A stretch of 64,000 nucleotides of DNA from positions 42,930 to 106,929 of the forward strand of contig JAFVTH010000018.1 of the NCBI GenBank assembly GCA_017503285.1, read 5' to 3'. The notes beneath the pieces were generated by a model. That model was given only the letters and a program-made list of their open reading frames with translations, was not told the origin of the DNA and did not search any database. The first letter of the stretch is position 1. Every line of letters starts with the position of its first letter. This DNA is from Clostridia bacterium. GTDB lineage: Bacteria > Bacillota > Clostridia > Oscillospirales > CAG-272. Shown here one piece after another: positions 58,489 to 64,000 of the stretch. The translations under genes and the position numbers were made by a program.

Positions 58489-59724
58489 TTACCTTTCTGA
58501 CGAGCGAATAATATCTCCTGCCTTAACCTCAAAGGGCACCTTCATCTTAAAGGTCATTGATGGGTGGGGCGCAGAGGGTATTTCCTCGCCTTTTTCGTTA
58601 TATAGCTTGTCAACCTCAAAGCGTCTGCCTGTTTTGCCGGGAGTGATAATTTCGCACACGTCCCCCGCCGAAAGCTTGTTTCTTTGGGTAAAATAATAGT
58701 ATTCTCCGTCGCGCTCTCCTGTGGCAACACACAAATAAGCCTTTTCCCTAAGATAACCGTTTTGTGTAACGGTTTGGGGGTTATCCATAGGGTTGTCAAA
58801 GTAAAAGCCTGTTGCATATTCTCTATGGCTAACGCTTTCCAGCTCTCTTAGCCAAAGGGGATTATAGCGATATCGGGTAGGGTCTTTTCTATACTCGTCC
58901 ATTGCCATCTTGTAAGTATTTGTGCAAATGGCTGTGTAATATGCACTTTTCATTCTACCCTCGATTTTGAAGCTATCAATGCCACTTTCCATAAGCTCCG
59001 GAATATGCTCAATCATACACATATCCTTAGAGGACATAACAAATGTGCCCTCCTTATATTCCTCAATGTTAAGCGGGGTCTTTGGTCGCTTTTCCTCGGA
59101 AAAAGAAAGAGGAAGTGCGTTTGTGTAGTTCCAACGGCAGGGCTGGGCGCAGGCGCCACGGTTTGCATCTCTGCCTGTGTAGAAGTTGGAAAGCAAGCAT
59201 CTGCCACTGTATGAAATGCACATTGAGCCGTGTATAAAGCACTCAAGCTCTAATTCCTTTGGGGTATTTTTTCTGATTTCGTTAATTTCCTCAAGAGAAA
59301 GCTCTCTTGCAAGCACAACACGCTTTGCTCCCATTTTATGCCAAGCTGTGGCTGTATATGCAGAAACAACGCTGGCTTGGGTGGAAATATGTATTTCCAT
59401 ATTCGGTATAAGCTCTCTTGTAAGCTGGAAAACCCCCAAATCGGAAATAATAAGGGCGTCAACACCTATTTCGTCATAGCGCTTCAGGTATTTTTTCAGC
59501 CTTTCGTACTCCACTGTGTGAGGCATTGTATTTACAGTAACATAAAGCTTTACCCCGTGGGCGTGTGCGTATTTCACAGCCTCCTCCAGCTCCTCAAGGG
59601 TAAAGTTATCAGCAGCGGCACGCATACCAAACATATCAGAGGCAAGGTAAACTGCATCTGCGCCATATAGTATGGCAGCCTTCATTTTTTCAAAATTGCC
59701 TGCCGGGCAAAGTAATTCCTTCAT
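58489..59724 (-). CDS. U32 family peptidase-like protein (TrhP-type tRNA hydroxylation)
   Basis: ELLCPAG, HISTQ, HGSMCISYSGRC, CAQPCR, KIEGR. Confidence 0.9.
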   Translation of the reverse strand: MKELLCPAGNFEKMKAAILYGADAVYLASDMFGMRAAADNFTLEELEEAVKYAHAHGVKLYVTVNTMPHTVEYERLKKYLKRYDEIGVDALIISDLGVFQLTRELIPNMEIHISTQASVVSAYTATAWHKMGAKRVVLARELSLEEINEIRKNTPKELELECFIHGSMCISYSGRCLLSNFYTGRDANRGACAQPCRWNYTNALPLSFSEEKRPKTPLNIEEYKEGTFVMSSKDMCMIEHIPELMESGIDSFKIEGRMKSAYYTAICTNTYKMAMDEYRKDPTRYRYNPLWLRELESVSHREYATGFYFDNPMDNPQTVTQNGYLREKAYLCVATGERDGEYYYFTQRNKLSAGDVCEIITPGKTGRRFEVDKLYNEKGEEIPSAPHPSMTFKMKVPFEVKAGDIIRSSER

Positions 59725-59825
59725 CTTTATCTCCTATGGTTGTTATCTTATTTATTTTAACATATTATAGCACAGGTGTCAATAAATGAAAAAAAGAAAG
59801 GGCTTTTATACCCTTTCTTTCTTTT

Positions 59826-62800
59826 TTAAGATGCTATTTCTGTAAGAAGGTCTATTTCGCAAACCGCATCAGCCGCCTCTGCGGATTCTATGACGAAGCG
59901 CACACTATCAAAATCTCTTCCCAGCTTACCTGTGTTTATCAGTATGCTTTCGCTGGTTTCGGTTCTGCACTCAAATGCTTCATCCTCGCCTGTTACCAGG
60001 TAAACCGTACATTTTATGCCTTGAACCAGCTTGATATAGATATAATCAATATTATCTCTTGTGTTGTGAGCAGTAATTGTAACCTCTCCCTGTCCCTTTG
60101 TGGCAATAGCTACGCTATCATAATCGCCATCAGTAAGCAGGGACGCATCGCCTATGTAATTGCCCTCTATTTGAATATTCTCCTCAAGCAGCCAATCCCT
60201 AGTCTCACAGTCAATGGAGCTGTAGCATCTTGAGCATTTTTTGGTTATCACGCCATCGCTTGCGTTTATAATGGTATAGCTGTGTCCTAAAGGACCTGAA
60301 AGCTCACGGCGCTCAACCTTGCCACAGCTATCACAGGTGCGTTCAGTATATTCCCCTGTGGTGCAGGTAGCATAGGTATCTCTCCACATGCCCCACTTGT
60401 GAGATGTGCCAAGACTCATTTTCGACGGCTTTGATTGATTGCTCATGCATTTTGTGCAGGTGCGCTTTGAATATCCCGGCTCCTCACAGTTTGGCTCGGT
60501 ATAAGCAGTCCATTCTCCCCACTCGTGTCCCTCGCCATCAACGCAAGGAAGCTCACCATAGTATATTGCATTAAGGCTTTCATCTATCCAGTCCTCTTGC
60601 CAAAGTGGTTGTTTTTCCTCTGCGTCACACTCTACTATGGCAAACTTAACACCATAAAATGCATTCTTTTCTATGACAATTACAGACACAGGTATGGCAA
60701 TTTCTGTTAAAAGAGGGCAGTTTTCAAATGCCAAGGCTCTTACCGTCTTAACATTATCTCCAAGCCTTACCTTTGCAAGCCTTGTGCAATCCTTAAAGGC
60801 CCCGGTGGCAATCTCAACCACAGGCAAGCCCTTATATTCGCTTGGAATTTCTACCTCTTCAAAAAGCTTTCCTACATAATTAAGAATATATCCGTCCTCT
60901 GTCTGGTTTAGCACAAAGCTCATTTCCTCAGCTACTCTGTGCCATTCTACATTTTGATTTTCATTTATTGCTGCTTTGGCATTTTCCGAGGTGATGGTTA
61001 TATATTTTTCCCCTGCAAGCCATACATAGCCTGCTCTCATATAGACGTCTTCTATATTATCGCAGCCTAAAAAGGCATTTTTGCCAATAAACTCAACATT
61101 ATCTGAAATGTTTATGTGCGCAAGGGCGCTGCAATTAATAAACGCGCTTGCATAAATGTATTTTACGTTTGCGCCTATGCTAAGGGTGGTCAAATTAATG
61201 TGATTTGCAGCTACACCCTCTCCAATTGCAACAATTGGCTTGCCGTTATAGCTATCATTAATTATAAGCAAATCCTCGTCTGCACCTATGTAGGTAAGCA
61301 CGTAGCCACCAAGCTTGTCGCTATAGGTATATTTTATTTCCTTGTCGACTGAAGCAGGCTCGTTAATTTGCCACTTGAATGCAGAGCAGTCCTCTGTAAG
61401 AAGCTTAGCAAGCGTCTGACCGTTGCTCTTTTCCTCGCTTGTTAGATTCCTTTGTCCCGCATACCAATTATTATCTGATTCAAAATCAACCTGACTTAAG
61501 CTATTACAGAATAAGAATGCATTAGGCATAATCTTTACAGCTGTTTGTGGAATGGTTATTTGCTTAAGGGCTGTACAGCCATAGAATAATTCGCTGCCGA
61601 TTTCCTCTATTCCGCTTGGAAATACTACGCTTGTTAGGCTTGTGCAGTTTTTGAAGGTGCTTGTGCCAAGAGCTTTACATCCGCCATTAACCGAGAAGCT
61701 TTCAAGGCTTGTGCAATCTGCAAGCACCTCATAGCCAACCTCGCCGGAAATATCTCCAACGATTGAAACGCGGGTAAGAGATTTACAGCCCTTGAAGGCA
61801 TAGTTGCCAATGGACCATATTTTGCTTGCGTTTAGCTCTACACTCTTAAGGCTCTGACAATTTTCAAAGGCAGATGCGCCAATATAGTCAACACCTACAC
61901 CAAAATCAATTTCAGAAAGCGCTGTGCAGTTATAAAATGCGTATTTTTCAATAGCGCCTATTCCGTCATCAAGTATAACGGAGGTAAGCCTTGCATCCTT
62001 AAAGGCATATGGGAAAATTTTTGTAAGAGATGCCTCTGTTGGTGCCTTATAGGTGGTGCTTGTCTTGCCAACCGCGTATCTAACAAGGCGACAGCCCTTT
62101 ACGCCTGTGTACATATCTGTGTAATAGGTATAAAGGCTTCCGTCGTATGCTGTGTACTGTGGATTTGATGAGCTTACAACAAATTCCGTAATAGCGTTTG
62201 AGCCATCAAAGGCAAGCTCGTTTATGCTTGTGGTGGTTGAAGGAATTTCAACCCTTTTAAGAGCTGTGCAATTATTAAAGGCATTTTTCTCAATTGTTGT
62301 GACATTTGAAAGGATTACTGTTTCAACAGTAGTGTTATTAGAAAACGCGCCCTCAGCTATGCCCACAACCGGTAGTCTATCATATGTGCCGGGTACTGTA
62401 ACAGTAGTGTCCTCGCCCACATATTTTACAAGAACATAGTTATCGTTTTGCTTTTCGTAAACAAACTGGGACTTTTCAGCCCATTTTGGATATAGAGTTT
62501 TATTTCCTCTTGTGCCTATTTCAATAGATGTGATTTTCTTGGTCAGCGCAGAATCCTCATACCAGCCAAGGAATATATGGTCCTCCCATGTTGGCACAGG
62601 AAGCTCCACATAATCGTTTACTGTGTAGGTGCTATCCTCGGGATATTCCGCACCGATGCTATCAATAGAGCTTGCATACTTGATTGTATAGGTTTTCGCA
62701 GACCACTTTGCATAAAGGCTCATAGCGCCTGTTGTACCCTTGCCAATAAACCAAACAGATGAGCCTGTCAGGCTCGGGCTTCTGTACCAGCCCACAAAAT

Positions 62801-64000
62801 CATAATCCTCACGCGTTGGCTCTTCAAGATAAAAGTGATCCTCAGCTGTGTAGTACTCCTTTGTGGGATAAGAGGTAAACTCGTCGCAAAGAAGATGGTA
62901 GGTTATCGGATATCTTAGCTGTACCCAAGCAGCATAAACATCGATATCGCCTGTGGTGCCCTCTTTAATTCCTGTAATTTCGTTGTAGTAATATTTGTCA
63001 CTGCACCAAGCCTTAAATTCATAGCCTACCTTTGTTGGGGCATTAAATTCAAAGCTATCATTTATTGTATAGGTGTCAGTATTTAGGTTTTCAACGCCAT
63101 TATAAATTAAATGGTAGGTAATTTTGTAATTAATAACCGTCCATCTTGCCTCTATGCTTATGTCCGCAGCAGCACTACCATCAAGCTGAGTAACGCTTGT
63201 GTCTGTGCCCTTTTTGAACCAACCGTCAAAACGGTATCCCTTTTTTGTCGGGGCACTTAATTCAAGGCTTTCATTATATTTTATGCGGTCCTTATTTTTG
63301 TCGGAATTTTCGCCACCGTTTAATATATATGTAATGCCATATTCTCTAACCTGCCAAATTGCATAAAGAGTTGTGTCCTCAGCCCCCATTTTGTAGTCGC
63401 TTGCTTTTGTATATTCAACGTCTCCATTTGGTGTGGTTGAGTAGCCCTTTAATATATAGCCAACTCTTTGTATGCTGTTTTCGCTAAGTGAAAATTTTTC
63501 ATCTGTGGCAAGCTGGAAGGTGTTTGAGCCGTTTGTTCCGTCATTTTTATTGATTTTAAGCGTATTAATGTTTGCTCTGAACTTAGGGACCAGACTTGTG
63601 TCTTCTTTTACTGTATCCTTTTCAAAGTCCCATTCCTTCTCGCCATTATACCAGCCAATAAATGTGTATCCGTGCTTTTGGGGGTCCTGTGGCTTGCTTA
63701 GCTTATCGCCCGGCTCAACATACATAGTAACTCCGTTAATTGATACTATACAGTCATCGGTATAATCGCCCAAGGTGCTAAAAAGAATTGCAAAAAATAT
63801 TGTGCTGCATATTGTAACTACACCTGCAACAATTGATAAGATAATTATAAGTGCCCTTAGATTAAATGGCTTTTTAGGCTCCACTTTTTCTTCCTGTGGT
63901 GGCTCACACGCAGGTGGCACCGGCGCCTGCTCACCCTCTGTTATCTCCACTGTGGGAGCTAATGATAAATCAACGCTGTCATCCAAAAGGTCATCACAGC
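59826..64000 (-). CDS. Large membrane-anchored protein with InlB B-type repeats and BspA LRRs (5' end outside window)
   Basis: Frame open to window edge; TM helix, about six P-x-x-x-GY-x-F-x-GW repeats, IxxxAFxxC LRRs, His/CxxC modules. Confidence 0.88.
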   Translation of the reverse strand, partial: CDDLLDDSVDLSLAPTVEITEGEQAPVPPACEPPQEEKVEPKKPFNLRALIIILSIVAGVVTICSTIFFAILFSTLGDYTDDCIVSINGVTMYVEPGDKLSKPQDPQKHGYTFIGWYNGEKEWDFEKDTVKEDTSLVPKFRANINTLKINKNDGTNGSNTFQLATDEKFSLSENSIQRVGYILKGYSTTPNGDVEYTKASDYKMGAEDTTLYAIWQVREYGITYILNGGENSDKNKDRIKYNESLELSAPTKKGYRFDGWFKKGTDTSVTQLDGSAAADISIEARWTVINYKITYHLIYNGVENLNTDTYTINDSFEFNAPTKVGYEFKAWCSDKYYYNEITGIKEGTTGDIDVYAAWVQLRYPITYHLLCDEFTSYPTKEYYTAEDHFYLEEPTREDYDFVGWYRSPSLTGSSVWFIGKGTTGAMSLYAKWSAKTYTIKYASSIDSIGAEYPEDSTYTVNDYVELPVPTWEDHIFLGWYEDSALTKKITSIEIGTRGNKTLYPKWAEKSQFVYEKQNDNYVLVKYVGEDTTVTVPGTYDRLPVVGIAEGAFSNNTTVETVILSNVTTIEKNAFNNCTALKRVEIPSTTTSINELAFDGSNAITEFVVSSSNPQYTAYDGSLYTYYTDMYTGVKGCRLVRYAVGKTSTTYKAPTEASLTKIFPYAFKDARLTSVILDDGIGAIEKYAFYNCTALSEIDFGVGVDYIGASAFENCQSLKSVELNASKIWSIGNYAFKGCKSLTRVSIVGDISGEVGYEVLADCTSLESFSVNGGCKALGTSTFKNCTSLTSVVFPSGIEEIGSELFYGCTALKQITIPQTAVKIMPNAFLFCNSLSQVDFESDNNWYAGQRNLTSEEKSNGQTLAKLLTEDCSAFKWQINEPASVDKEIKYTYSDKLGGYVLTYIGADEDLLIINDSYNGKPIVAIGEGVAANHINLTTLSIGANVKYIYASAFINCSALAHINISDNVEFIGKNAFLGCDNIEDVYMRAGYVWLAGEKYITITSENAKAAINENQNVEWHRVAEEMSFVLNQTEDGYILNYVGKLFEEVEIPSEYKGLPVVEIATGAFKDCTRLAKVRLGDNVKTVRALAFENCPLLTEIAIPVSVIVIEKNAFYGVKFAIVECDAEEKQPLWQEDWIDESLNAIYYGELPCVDGEGHEWGEWTAYTEPNCEEPGYSKRTCTKCMSNQSKPSKMSLGTSHKWGMWRDTYATCTTGEYTERTCDSCGKVERRELSGPLGHSYTIINASDGVITKKCSRCYSSIDCETRDWLLEENIQIEGNYIGDASLLTDGDYDSVAIATKGQGEVTITAHNTRDNIDYIYIKLVQGIKCTVYLVTGEDEAFECRTETSESILINTGKLGRDFDSVRFVIESAEAADAVCEIDLLTEIAS

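Overview
Core-chromosome window of a moderately AT-rich Clostridia-type (Bacillota) bacterium. It starts in the S10 ribosomal operon (partial rplC, rpsJ and a long structured leader). It then runs through araD, an uncharacterised six-gene redox/lyase cluster, pduL, dapA-dapB-lysA, pdxK, tRNA-Gln, scattered rhamnose-related genes (rhaM, fucO, GH78) and a MarR plus acyl-CoA ligase pair. Further on are an alkD-dut-nudF operon, an amino-acid ABC importer, yceD-rpmF, an orphan MazF/NdoA toxin, an XRE-linked ABC exporter pair, ptsH-ptsI-crr, two large BspA-type LRR surface proteins and U32-uppP-pgk-tpiA. No integrase, transposase, rRNA or CRISPR array was seen. The unexplained structure is mostly non-coding. 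(1) A ~650 bp modular repeat mosaic downstream of tpiA has a covarying hairpin and an optional nested module. (2) An ~80 bp hairpin element occurs at 33 kb (as an inverted pair) and at 51.4 kb, each time ending at a ribosome-binding site. (3) Antisense copies of the tRNA-Gln 3' end follow the tRNA. (4) Two XRE loci share the same double-operator layout. All product calls come from motif recognition by eye, not database searches.
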